Below, piece after piece: positions 1 to 13,000 of a stretch of 64,000 bases of DNA. The stretch spans positions 38,343,944 to 38,407,943 of the forward strand of contig NC_057727.1 in NCBI RefSeq assembly GCF_004010195.1, given 5' to 3'. This DNA comes from Chiloscyllium plagiosum (Eukaryota). The notes beneath the pieces were generated by a model that was given only the letters and a program-made list of their open reading frames with translations, did no database searches and had not been told where the DNA came from. Each line of letters starts with the position of its first letter. Position 1 is the stretch's first letter. The translations under genes and the position numbers were made by a program.

Positions 1-364
1 GCCTGTAGATAACTCCCAAGAGGGTCTTTTTACCCTTAGAATTTCTCAGCTCTATCCATACTGACTCTACATCACCTGATTCTAGGTCCCCCGCGCAAGG
101 GACTGAATATCATCCCTTACCAAAATGGCCACCCCCCCTGCCCGTCAATCTATCCTTACGATAGCACGTGTAGCCTTGAATATTCATTTCCCAGGCCCTG
201 TCCACTTGAAGCCACGTCTCAGGTATCCCCACAATATTGTATCTGCCAATTTCCAAAAGAGCCTCAAGCCAATCCATCTTATTTTTAATGCTTCGTGCAT
301 TCATATATAGTATTTTTAATTTGTTACTGCCCTCACCCTTCCCATCAACTCCTATTTCACTCAA
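1..364 (-). mobile_element. CR1 LINE fragment, ORF2 endonuclease N-terminus
   Basis: LKILYMNARSIKNK...ETWL...YRKDR..GRGGG are AP-endonuclease motifs. Confidence 0.85.
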
Positions 365-831
365 CCTTACTCATAGCAATAGCCTCCAATATCTTTTAAA
401 TAACATTTGCTGTGAATCCTGAGATCCTCTTGACCCCCTCGGGGCACAAGCTTTTCTCTGCCTTTCTACCTCCTCCACTAGGAGCTCAGTTCAGCATTTG
501 TAAATGAGGCATACCACTCTTTCCAATCCCAAAGCACTTCCTCTTTAAGTGGTGCCCTGTTGGGCCAATGAGCAGCACAGTTAGCACTCGGCTGGACATG
601 GAGATCCATTAAATGAGCAGGCAGCTCATTACGAGATTGGCTAATTACTCTTTGCAAGATTTGGCCTCCATTTTTCAGAGATTGTCCAATTTATGCCCTG
701 ACAGCCTTCATGTTTCTACCAAGCTAATTCCAATGAAACACATTTCTAAGATTATTAGGAACACAAATATCCTAATCTGTAATACTTCAAACTGAAAATA
801 TCATCATCATATATAGTTATAAAGGACTTAC

Positions 832-1052
832 TTTTTTGGTGGTTGCAGTTTTGGCTTCCTGGGAGGTGTCTTTCTGGTGCATGCCTTTTGGCAGATTTCC
901 ATACATCTGGTATATTTCAAGATTAGGTACAGGCCATAGGCAAAGAGGAGAGCCAATAGGATTGCCAACAATGTAAGAACGAAGGGGATGTACCAGGCAT
1001 CTGGATTGTAAGTATTCACAGCAGAGTTGATAACAGTTAATCCTTTTCTGTT
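832..1052 (-). CDS. CDHR3: CDHR3-like transmembrane exon (NRKGLTVINSAVNTYNPDAWYIPFVLTLLAILLALLFAYGLYLIL...PPK)
   Basis: Hydrophobic helix followed by Cys/basic juxtamembrane residues; cag acceptor, gtaagt donor; 221 nt, phase 0 to 2. Confidence 0.92.
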
Positions 1053-4000
1053 CTGTTTGAACAAGACAGGAAATTCATTACCTTGAGATTACTATAAGAT
1101 AAAATAAATACATTTTTTTGCAAGGGTCTGCTATTTTTAATTGGTACACCTAGATGAAGGACCAACGCAGTGGTGCAGACTACTTCTTAGGTTTGAGATA
1201 CTTGGGTGAAAGAAATTTGTTTCTGCAAAATGAACTGGCACAGTGACTGGACCATGCTGATCTGTGCCAGCATGAAGCCTAAGCAGATCACAATTTGCCA
1301 TTCAGGGAGGATGGAAATTGCCAGGCTCTCATACAAAGCAGGCTGACAAATCAGTGGCCAATGGGGGATTACAGCCTTGAACATGCAATTATATAGCACC
1401 CTTTTAAAAATGAAATTAAGAACTTTTTTCAAAATTGGCAGCACAAGACATTCTGTGCTGCACATTATACATTTCATCTTACCTGACCCCTGCCTTAAAA
1501 TGGACTCCTTGCTAGTGGCTGGAGTGCACCCTGAAATTACGCAAATAACCCTTGTCCCAGAAACTCTTCCAGAGTTAAATGTAAGTCCTTGTAGCGGACA
1601 GCACCTCCAATCAATGCACTTCGCCAAAGTCATTAGCAAATGATTGGATTGAGACACAAGAGCAGAATCTCAGATCTTTTCGCTTCCACTCTCTGCAGGA
1701 GTCTCTCAACTGCTGTTCCAGCAGAGATTAGCTATCTTAGCACAGACCACAAGAATCAAATTGCAATGTTTCTCCTTTCTATGACTCCACAGTACAACAG
1801 GCAGTGCATTTTGCTGCTAAGGAATTTATTTATGGAACTTTTACATTCAAATTTAATTAACCATTCCCAAGTGCGGCAAAACGTTAGATAAAAATCTTTT
1901 ACCCTACTAATCTGTTTCAGCCATGTTTTAAATTTCTGCTGTAGCTGAAATGATCTGTTTGAAATTGTACCATTACATAAGATACTCACATAAAAGGATG
2001 TTGTTGTTGGAGTAGTTGTTCTTGTCTGAACTACTGTAATATCAATCACTACAGTTCCTGTACTTGGCTTTATCCTCTTAATATTGTCATCAATGATGTT
2101 GACAATGAGATGAAACTGCTGCTGAATGTCTGTTTTACCCTCATAGCCAAATGGAGTTTTGATTATTAGTTTCGGAGCAAATGAACCACGGACAGGGTCA
2201 AAACCAAAATGATTGTTCACATTTCCTGTAAATAAAATGCATTTGAATGAAGTGACACACTGCAAGGTGAATTGACAGTTTATCATCATTTTCATCATAA
2301 TGGAATGACAGTAAAAGCAACTAAGGGCAGGATTTTCCCCATGAGTTTCAGGACCACACCATCAGGCTCAAATGGGGATCAGAAGACCACACGATGTGGG
2401 GAACACTCACTTGAGATTTTTCCCAGATTCACCAGACGATACACTTGCTGCCCAATTAGGGAACAAGAATAACTAGACTGCATTATAGTACCAAGTACAG
2501 TTCTGGGCACCACACCTTAGACAAGATATAACACAGAAGTCTTGAAAGTGTTATACCTGTAGTTCAAATCTGCAAGAATGTTAATGGGGCTCCAAAAAAT
2601 GTTATAGGTAAGGTTTACAGAACCCAAGTTCTATATTTCCTGGAGTTTAGAAGGTTAAAACTTGTTTGTTTTATAATTTTGAAAGGGGAGATATAGAGAA
2701 ATGTTTTCTGCTGATGCAGGAGCCTAGAAGGAGGGGACATAACTTTAAAATCTTCAGGAAAGGCTTAAGGAAATACTCATAAGGTTCTAGAAGTGTGGAA
2801 CTCTCACAGTTAGTTTATGGAACTACAAAAAGCAGTAGAAGCTAGATGTATTTATAATTGTAAGTTGGTTATCAATAGATAAACAAGGCAAAAAATGGAT
2901 ATGAATCCAGGGTGATTGATTTACAAATCAGTCATCATCACTCTGAATTGGGGTCATGATTTGGAAGTGCCAGTGTTGGATTGGAGTGTACAAAGTTAAA
3001 AATCACACAACACCAGGTTACAGTCTAACAGGTTTATTTGGAAGCACTACCTTTCGGAGCACTGCTCCTTCATCAGGTGGTTGTGGAGTATAAGATTGTA
3101 GGACACAGAATTTATAGCTAAAGTTTACAGTGTGATGTAACTGAAATTATATATTGAAAAAGCCCTGGATTGTTTATTAAATCTCTCATCTTTTAGAAAG
3201 GGCATGTTGGCCCATTGTTAAATGGCACCTGTTGTTAAAGTTCACTTGAGAATGTAACTTTAAGAAAGTTCTGCGATTTACATATGAAAGAACTAAAATC
3301 AACATGCCCTTTCTAAAAGATGAGAGACTTAANNNNNNNNNNNNNNNNNNNNNNNNNNNNNNNNNNNNNNNNNNNNNNNNNNNNNNNNNNNNNNNNNNNN
3401 NNNNNNNNNNNNNNNNNNNNNNNNNNNNNNNNNNNNNNNNNNNNNNNNNNNNNNNNNNNNNNNNNNNNNNNNNNNNNNNNNNNNNNNNNNNNNNNNNNNN
3501 NNNNNNNNNNNNNNNNNNNNNNNNNNNNNNNNNNNNNNNNNNNNNNNNNNNNNNNNNNNNNNNNNNNNNNNNNNNNNNNNNNNNNNNNNNNNNNNNNNNN
3601 NNNNNNNNNNNNNNNNNNNNNNNNNNNNNNNNNNNNNNNNNNNNNNNNNNNNNNNNNNNNNNNNNNNNNNNNNNNNNNNNNNNNNNNNNNNNNNNNNNNN
3701 NNNNNNNNNNNNNNNNNNNNNNNNNNNNNNNNNNNNNNNNNNNNNNNNNNNNNNNNNNNNNNNNNNNNNNNNNNNNNNNNNNNNNNNNNNNNNNNNNNNN
3801 NNNNNNNNNNNNNNNNNNNNNNNNNNNNNNNNCATCACACTGTAAACTTCTGCTATAAACTCTGTCCTACAATCTTATACTCCACCATGACCTGATGAAA
3901 TAGCAGCTCTCCGAAAGCTAATGCTTCCAAATAAACCTGTTGGGACTATAACCTGGTGTTGTGTGATTTCTAATGTAATTGGGGAATAGCTTGGTGGGGC

Positions 4001-7000
4001 TGAATGGTCTATTTTTATTCCTATGAAGCTTTTCTCTTGCCTCCATATCTGTCACGCTTGAGATAAAATAGTTCTGATCTGGTACATCAAAGATGTTGCA
4101 TTCTAATTTCCATGGAAACTTTAATATAGAGTCTTGCATTTGCAAAATCAGTCTGCAAGACAAAAGTATGTTATTTAAACAATGAATGGCAAGCTGCATC
4201 ATACATATGAAAGCACACAATGTCAACAGTCATCATTGTGCTTGACAGCTGCTATCTACGGTATGGTTATCCTGATTAGATTGTGTCATAGTTGATTCCC
4301 CTATTTATAAGCATTAATTGTTTCAAGCACTTGGATAAGCTAAGTATCTGTATATGCAAGCACATACATAAGTTTCCAATCTATGAAATCAGTCTTACTG
4401 TCTTTAGTTTTATACCAACAAAGCTGGTATTCAAGCCTTTCTTGGTACATTAAAAAAGATCTAGAATTACTTGTGTTCGTGTTATTTTAAGTCTTCCTTT
4501 AATAACTTTGTAATATTTTCTAAATCAAAAGATTATATATTTATTTTACAAAATGTAAATTATAAAGTGGTGATAAGAGAAAGCTCAAAAGGCCTCCACT
4601 GAAAAAATGATAATGTTACCATGTTTGTATTTGCAGGTTCATATATTCCATTTATCTCAATGCTATGAAAAGTGCTGCAATTTTATCAATGTGGGACATC
4701 ATTTTCCTTTGAGTCTATCTACTTCACTCATTTCACCTTCGACCCGAAGCTCTGGAGTTCTTTTTTGAATGTCTCTGCCCTTTCACCATTTAATATGGTC
4801 CTTGAAACCCATCTTTTTAGCCAAGCTTGCTGGTCACCTCTCCTAATATCTCTTTCTGTGACTTAGTATCTGATTTTGTTCAATAACATCCTGTGGAATA
4901 CCTTAGGGCATTTTAATAGATTAAAGGCATTTCGTAAATGCATAGTGATATTGTTGTAGTGAAAGTCAGATTCAGAATAAAATACAAACCCATTGAAACT
5001 TTAATTACTTTAACATGCAATACAGCTAGCAAAAGAAGACAAAGATAATCCCATAGTTTTTCCTCCAAAACTAATGATACCAGTAATAAAAATGCTAGTT
5101 TTAGCCCCATTTATATATAAAATTAGACATACAGTCACAATTATTATTGTCATTTTTTTCTTACATTTATCTTTGTATAATTGCTTTGGAATAATTCTGT
5201 ACTTTACCCTGCTATGCAACTTGATGAGTAAAAAACATACCTGATACAATCTCAAACCGCATCTCATTGTCCAGCGAATCTTTGTCTCGACAGTTCAATC
5301 TGAAACTATTAACATTAGTCCCAACAGCAATGTTATCAGGAATGCTTGCTTTATATGACAATGGAATACAAACTGGTTTTTCATCATTTTCCTCTAATAT
5401 ATTGATGATGACCTAACAGAGGACATATTTAAAATAGGGAAGAAAGGCAAAGATTAATAAATAATTAAAATGGAAGATGACAGTAATATTTGCATCAGTT
5501 TTGGCGAATATTTGCATCAATGCTTTTCAGAAAGTGGTTTAAATGAAGCATTTACACACAGTATAAACCATGTTATCACATTAATACACAGCCCATAGGG
5601 AAGTATTTTAGTATTGTACTTGGAAATATGCAGCTAATCCAGTCTATTTCATATTTTAATAGATTGTTCTTTAATTGTTCAACCCATTAGAGATGCATTT
5701 TGTCCATATTTTGTAAGAGATCCTGACATATCCTAAAAGTTTTAGCTATTAATTCTTTCCCATCCATCTCACCATACTTATCAAACTGCCACATCCAGTT
5801 CTCATGGTCACCAATATGCCACCACTCCCTCCATCCTGGTACCAGAGTCAGTATTCTCTTTATCTTTAATCGCTGAAGAGTTGGTCACGCTGTATAGGAT
5901 GGTCTCAAGTGGAACCAGTTGAGCCAATAAATTCAATTAGGCACACTGGTCATAAGTGAAACCAGCTTGACTGCTCAACTAGGGACAAATCAACTGGCCA
6001 TCTGGGAACTGAGGGCACCTCTCTGGTCAATTTAGGTCCTATTCCAAGTTCCACCATAGTGAAACCATGGAATGAGTTTGGATTCCTGGGAAATCAGAGC
6101 CAGTGCTTTATTTCTGATTGAAACATGTGCCTATGTGTGGTGGCATTAATGTACAATACCAACCTACTGAAGGTAGCCCAGTAAATCCTGAGATAGAATG
6201 AAATGTGTTTTTGATTATACTTTATATAATTTTAACCAGCATTTGAAAACCTCAGCAAAAAGTATGGTAAAGCTTTTTACCCTACTGTAAAAAAACCCTA
6301 GTAATAATTACAAGCCTAAGATTACAAATCCAAATTTTATGTAGACCTTACCTAATAAAGCCAATTGTGTTTAGTCCTCTATTGCATGGTACTATTCTCA
6401 GCTTAAAGTAGCAATACAAATGTATGGCAAACAAAGAAAATTTATCATCTTACATATAATGAATGGCAGCAATGATTTGAAACTGCAGTCCAATCTTGTG
6501 CTATAGACAAGGTTTTTATACTCAATAAATACTCCTGAACCCTCAAGCTATATTGCAACAATTACAACAACAGTTTTATTGATTTTTTAACATGCTGAGG
6601 GATAGCTGTAATCCCTGGTCATGCCATATGTAGACTGCGTGACCAGCCCTGAATCAATATGACTTTGGAGGCGTTTGTAAAGTTTCTGAGACCAAGAACA
6701 TTATTGAAAGCTGGCTCCTTAAATTTGGCCTTTCAGCTCTTGTTTATTTTTGAGACTGGAATTTTGACACAATAAATTTTAATTTCTTCTCTAAACTGTT
6801 TGAGATTTCTATCTTTCTCACTTTTATCTTGTCCCTTAAAAATCAGGTTTGGGCTGAAAATATTGGAAAGTTTTCCAATCTGCAAAATTTTCTCTAGTGC
6901 TGTACATTTTCCTCTTCCTTGGGTTACTGTTGGTTCCTCACTGTAAAGCTGGACATCAGTCATTTAACAGCAACACCCACCCAAATGCAAATTTCTTTCA

Positions 7001-10000
7001 ACATTTGAACTCACACCCATGTAGTCAAAGAATGACAGAAGGATTGAAGGATCTACAAAGAAAAATCTTCCCCATAGTCTGATGCATGTCCTGGACTGTC
7101 AAATTATTCCAAAGCTCCTCAAAATATCTGACTTCCATTTTTTTTGGTATGTTTAAACTTCATATGCATGATAATTTAATGTGGGACCTATATGGTTCAG
7201 TTATTTACTATATAACCTCTAAGCTGTTGCAATTTGCAACATACATCTCTATTAACAACAATCTGGCGGATAACAAATTATAACAACTCATGCCTAATTT
7301 TCTGAGTTAGTAGCTCTATTAGAATTTTTCACTTTCCAGGATTGCAAATCAGTAACTCCAGCACAGTTCTATCTCTGCAGAAACAGGCAATTACATCTGC
7401 TTTCCAGGCCACTGAAATGGAATTCTTGCCAGAACTGGTTTTGAAAAAATTCTCAATGTACTCCATAAATCCATGTTTAATGTTTTCCCCAACTTACAGA
7501 GAGCTCACAGCGTGACTTATTACACTATCTATGTTGAGTAGTTTATTTTTACCATGGCTATCGTTGCCTTTAGTGTTCAAAATCATAATTAATTATGCAA
7601 AAAACAAGTCTTCTGGTGAACTTTCACAGCAAGATCCCCGTTTTCAGCTCCAGGATAGACAGCCAGGATTATTCAAAGTGCCCAAAGGAAGCAGGAGAAC
7701 AGTGAAGCAAGATAAACCATGGTTTATTTATGGAACATTGCCCTTTTGGGTTGAGATTTGCATTTCTCACATTTAAAATTACATAAATCAAAGAATTAGT
7801 GATGGTCAGTAATGTAACAAAGTAGCTATAAAAATGTAACATTTTCAGTACAATTTTGGATGATTCTTTTTTCAAAACCTTATACAAATTCAATTTGGAA
7901 TCCAGATTGTAATGCTGAATCTGTTCAAAAACATTATTACTCTGAAATCAGAACCGAGTCAATGTGGACTGACAACTGATATAACCCTGAAATAGCCTGG
8001 TGACATTTCTGCCTTATAAGTGTACGCACTTCTTAACATTATGTGATTAAAGACCTGCAATTTGTCCTTTCATTGCAGTTACCCCACAGGCAAGCTACAG
8101 TCACCATGACATTGTGGATAGAATAAATGTAATATTTATGGAAACTTGAGACGCAAATATAGTACATAAACACTGCTAAGATACTGCTCCTAATTTTGAA
8201 TTGACACCTAGCTTTTCTGTCAGTTATTTATCAGAAGTATGTATTCTCACCCGGGTCACTGCAGTTTTGGGCTGATTAGGATCACTGTCAATGGCTTCCA
8301 CAGTGAGGTTATATTGTCGAACAGACTCATAGTCTGATTGGGTTATCAGCTCTATGGTTCCTTCTTTTGGATCAATCCAGAATAGTTTTATAATTTGTGT
8401 GTCTCCAGAAATTATTTTGTAAGTTACTGCGTTCAATGGATAATCATCATCTGTGGCGATAACTCTCCCAATCTTCTGTTTTGCTAGATAAAGTAATTAA
8501 AAATAGATATTTCAGAGATGCTTGTTGGCATCTATAACAAATCAGAAGTTAAGTAAATAGTGGAATCATTTTACAAAGACACATGCCTGGCATGAAGTTA
8601 GAGGAATGCAGATATGACAAATGCCTTGTTCTAGATTTTGCAGTTGTTCTAAGAGCAAAATGATCAACACTTGCAATCATTCCATCAGGAAAGCAATGTT
8701 TGGAACCCACACATGCAGAATTAAACATGAAACTCTTGAAGTTTCTGTTAACAGTGAAAGGTCACATTCCTGAAACATATCTCTCTCCACAGATATTATT
8801 GGATCTGCTGAATAATCCCAGCCATTGAGGGTAAAGTAAAAAAGAATGTTATTCAGAGTGATTGAAGGTGAGATGTGGTGTTTCACAAGCATCAGCGCTG
8901 GAACTGGTTGTTCACAATTTAAAGTAATATTGAAAAAAGACATATTTTGTTGAAACATTTTGTCTTGCATCCGTCAGAACAATTGCTAATACAGCAGTGT
9001 CTGAGAAGAGTGTGGTGATTGGTTGGCAAGTGTTTTCCTATTAGTGGAGCTATTGCTATGGAGAATGCACCAATGATGACTGACAGTCAATTACTGATCT
9101 TCGTTTGAATTTGACTGGATAGGTTGATTCGGATTTCACAAGGCAATGCCCTGAAGAAAGTTATTTTGCATGCAGAGACACAACGACGCACCCTATAAAG
9201 CTTAGCTTAATTTATTTACACTCACTGACTTTGCATTTACTTAAAGGTTCTGAACATGTCTGATTGTATTAATTTTTAGCACAGACAGAAAGGCAGACAG
9301 CTTGTCACAGTGGAGAGCACTGAACTGTCACAGGAGTGAACATAACACCATACACCACTGTGCTTTGTTAATGTCATACCCACAGTATGTGACAGGAGCT
9401 GACATGGCAAACATGTTACACTTGCTTCAAGCAAATGTGCATGCCTGCAAGTCAAAGGAAACCTGTTGTTTGTAGGATTAAAAGGGACTACGTCTTTCAG
9501 GGTGTACTGTTGCCCTCAATCAGTCAGATACTTGGTGTTACCAAAGTGCAGGTATCTGTGTCCTTGCAGTACAGGGGTACAGTTGAGGTCAACCCTGCAG
9601 ATCAAGAGCAACTAATCCAGGAATACACATAGGTCAGTTGAAGTGCAGTAGTACATCAGTCTAGGTAGTGGGCCATGGTCGGTCAGATCTACCCTATCAA
9701 ATAGGATTGCTATGGAAGTCAGTCTTACGGATTTGGATAATAATGGACAAGGGGCTATCAGGGGCCAGGCCATGTTGTCCTGAGGAAAAAGGGCAACTAA
9801 AATCTGGGGATGGGGTCTATTGGACTGGGTAATTGAGGAAATGAATACAATGAAAGGGGGCAATTCAAGGTAGAAGGGCAGAATCGCATAGACAATAAAG
9901 GAAATGGGAGCTCTGAGAGGGGAGTTGGCCCAGCTAACTATCGGTCTGGCCCCTCCATTTTAAGGCCAAAATCGGCACATGAATTCACAAAGTCATGAGC

Positions 10001-13000
10001 TCTGAGGATAAAGCAGGGAAATTAATAAAGAGGCTCAACAGAAACAGAAGCTGACAGGTCATAGGGGTCACAGGGACAGGAACACCAAAGGAAACATGAC
10101 GATGGGGACAGCATTCTGCATCTCAGGTCACTCATTAAGGTACAAAATTGGATCATTGCCATTTCAGATTGAAAGTTGACTGGGTGATAACTGCACAAAA
10201 TAACTGCACCATGTGGGTGGAATAAGTTACTCTTTTTCTCTCTTTGGGGTGGAGTGAAACTCTCAGGATTTGAGGCAGATAGAAGATCGAAAATCATGAT
10301 TGTAGTGATTCAATAATGTCATTCATCTGCTTCAATTTACACTTCATTGGCAGGTCTTTCTATGTCCAAGAATGCACATGAAGAATTACGGCTTCAAGAA
10401 TGATGATCATGACATTGTACTCACCAATTGCTTCCTTATCTTGTCAGTTAAACAAATGTAATCAATCAGTTGTACTTAAAAGCATCAACTGAGCGTCTCA
10501 TATCAGAAACAAAGGAAACATAGAAATTAAAAGTAGGAGTAAGCCATTCAGCCTTAAAGCCTGTTCTGCCATTCATTACACTCACGGCTGATCCTCTGTC
10601 TCAATGCCATATTCTCACTTTTTCCTCTTACCCCTCAATGTCTTTAAAATCTAGAAATGTATCTATCTTTTTCTTGAATACATTCAGAGATTTGGCTTCC
10701 ACAGCCTTCTGTGACAGAGAATTCCTCAGATGCATTCCCCTCTGGGTGAAGCAATTTTTCCTCATCTCAGTTCTAAATGGTCTATCCTATATTGTGAGAC
10801 TGTGTCTCCTGGTTCTAAATTCCCCAATAGAAAGGATACCTGTCCTGGAGCTATCCAGTCCTGTTAGAATTCTATATGTTTCTATGAGATTCCTTCTCAT
10901 CCTTCTAAATGCTAGTGAATACAGGCCCAGTCAAACAATCTTTTCCTCCTAGAACAACCTTGCCATCCTTGATATCAACCTAGTGATCCTCCACTGCACT
11001 CCCTCTGAGACAAGTATATTGCTTCTTAGGTAGGGAGACCAAAGCCACATGCAATATTCTAGTTGTGATCTCACCAAGGCCCTATATAACTGAAGTAAGA
11101 CAATCTCCATCTGAACTCAAATCCTCTTGCAATGAAAGCCAATATATCATTTGCCTACCTAATTGCTTTCTGCACCTGCCTGTCTACTTCTCTTGACTGG
11201 TGTACAAGGACACCAATATAAACACTTCCCAATATGTCACTATTTAAATAATATACTTCCTTTCTGTTTTTCACACTGAAGAGTACAACTTCACATTTCG
11301 CCATGCCATACTGTATCTGCCATGTATTTGTCCACTTATTCAACTAACCTAAATGAGCCTTCAAGACTCATTGTATCCTCTTCACAACTCACACTCCCAC
11401 CCAGTTTTGGGTTGTCAGCTAACTTGGACATATTCTATTTGGTTCCCTTACCTAGGTCATTTATATTTCATGAATAACTGGAGCCCAAACAGTGACATTG
11501 CAGTAATAGTCACTGACTGCCACTTGGGAAATGATTCATTTATTGCCACTCCCACTTTCCTGCCTGTCAACTAATTCCTGATCCATGCCAATGCATTATC
11601 CTTATCACATGTGCTTCAACTTTGCCTACTAACCTCTTATATAGAACCTATCAATCTGAATATCCACATACACCACATCCTTTGGACCTCCCTTATCTAT
11701 TTGACTTGTTACTACCTCAAAATACTTCAGTAGATTTGTTAAACATGATGTGCCTTTTATAAACCCAAGCTGGCTTTGCGTAACCCCATTGATGCTTTTC
11801 AAATATTTTGTTATCATATTTTTTACAATAGACTGTATCATTTTCCCCACCATTAATGTTTGGCGAACTAGTCTGTAATTTTCTGTTTATAGTCTCTCTC
11901 CCTTTTTAAATAGTTGGATTACATTTGTCGCTCTCCTATCTGTAGGAACTGTTTCAGAGTCTATACAGTTTTGGAAGATGATCATCAATGCATTCAATAT
12001 TTCCAGGACCACATCCATTTTATTCTGAGATACATATTACCAAACCCTAGAGATTTGTCAGTCCTTAATCCCATTAACTTGCCCAGCATCATTTTTCTAC
12101 TAATACTAATTTCCTTCAATTCCACTCTCTCACTGGACCTTTGGTTCCCTAATATTTCTGTGAGATTATTTTGTGTCCTGTTTGTGAAGACCAATGAATC
12201 TACGTGTTAATTCTTCTGACATATCTTTGTTCGCCATTACAATTTCTCTAGCTTCTGACTGTAATGCATAATAAGGTCTGGAAGACAATACTTTGCTGTT
12301 GCCACATTCACATACAGAACTATAAGGATGTAAGGATCGAAAAATGTGGTGCTGGAAAAGCACAGCAAGTCAGGCAGCATCTGAGGAACAAGAGAGTCGA
12401 CGTTTCGGATATAAGTCCTTCATCAGTTCGGATATAAGTCCTTCATCAGTCAAAAGCACATGAAACTGATGAAGGACTTATATCCGAAACGTCGACTCTC
12501 TTGTTCCTCAGATGCTGCCTGACTTGCTGTGCTTTTCCAGCGCCACACTTTTCAACTCTGATCTACAGCATCTGCAGTCCTCACCTTCTCCTATAAGGAT
12601 ATAAGGGTATGGCTTGTGTACAGTGCACGGGTGTATGTGCAATGTCGTTTCCCTTTAAATGGCCTCACATCAATAGATCCTACAGCCCCTCCCTTGTATC
12701 ACTTACCCTGCTCAGTCCAACTTTGGTTGCAGCCATTTACTTTCCCGTTGTGTATTTTTGATTCAGTATGATAGAAGGTAATGTTCAATGCTTTTCAATT
12801 AATGGCTTGCAGCCTTCGATTCTGTGTCAGTGATACTCAAAGCTCCAAATCAACCTTCTTGTAGCCCCTCACTTAAACCCTAAAGGCTTTACACCTCTCC
12901 ATAGGTAGGGACCCAACCTGTTTACATCAGCATGCAACTATTCACCTGCCCTCCCCCAGGCCCTTGAACACTAGGTGACATACCAAGTGAGGTCATACAC

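Larger units (their letters stand above)
2480..4025 (+). mobile_element. Degenerate CR1 3' fragment interrupted by the hairpin element at 2956-3976
   Basis: cagttctgggcaccacac and ctggagtttagaaggttaa resemble the CR1 at 28720-28870; the tail resumes after 3977 (ggggctgaatggtc...cctatg). Confidence 0.55.

Noticed and set aside
1187-1657. 156-aa ORF between the stalk and TM exons
   Set aside because: No motif; the flanking exons join in frame without it.
3304-3895. Long ORFs full of X (also at 20666-21373, 22745-23100, 27855-28496)
   Set aside because: Their length comes from translating N-gaps (about 3333-3831, 20835-21277, 22775-23049, 28143-28328). Only the CR1 portions are real.
6480-7140. 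Stop-poor minus-strand stretch including the 76-aa ORF at 6733-6963
   Set aside because: No recognisable motif or splice fit; cannot be told from chance without a tBLASTx search.
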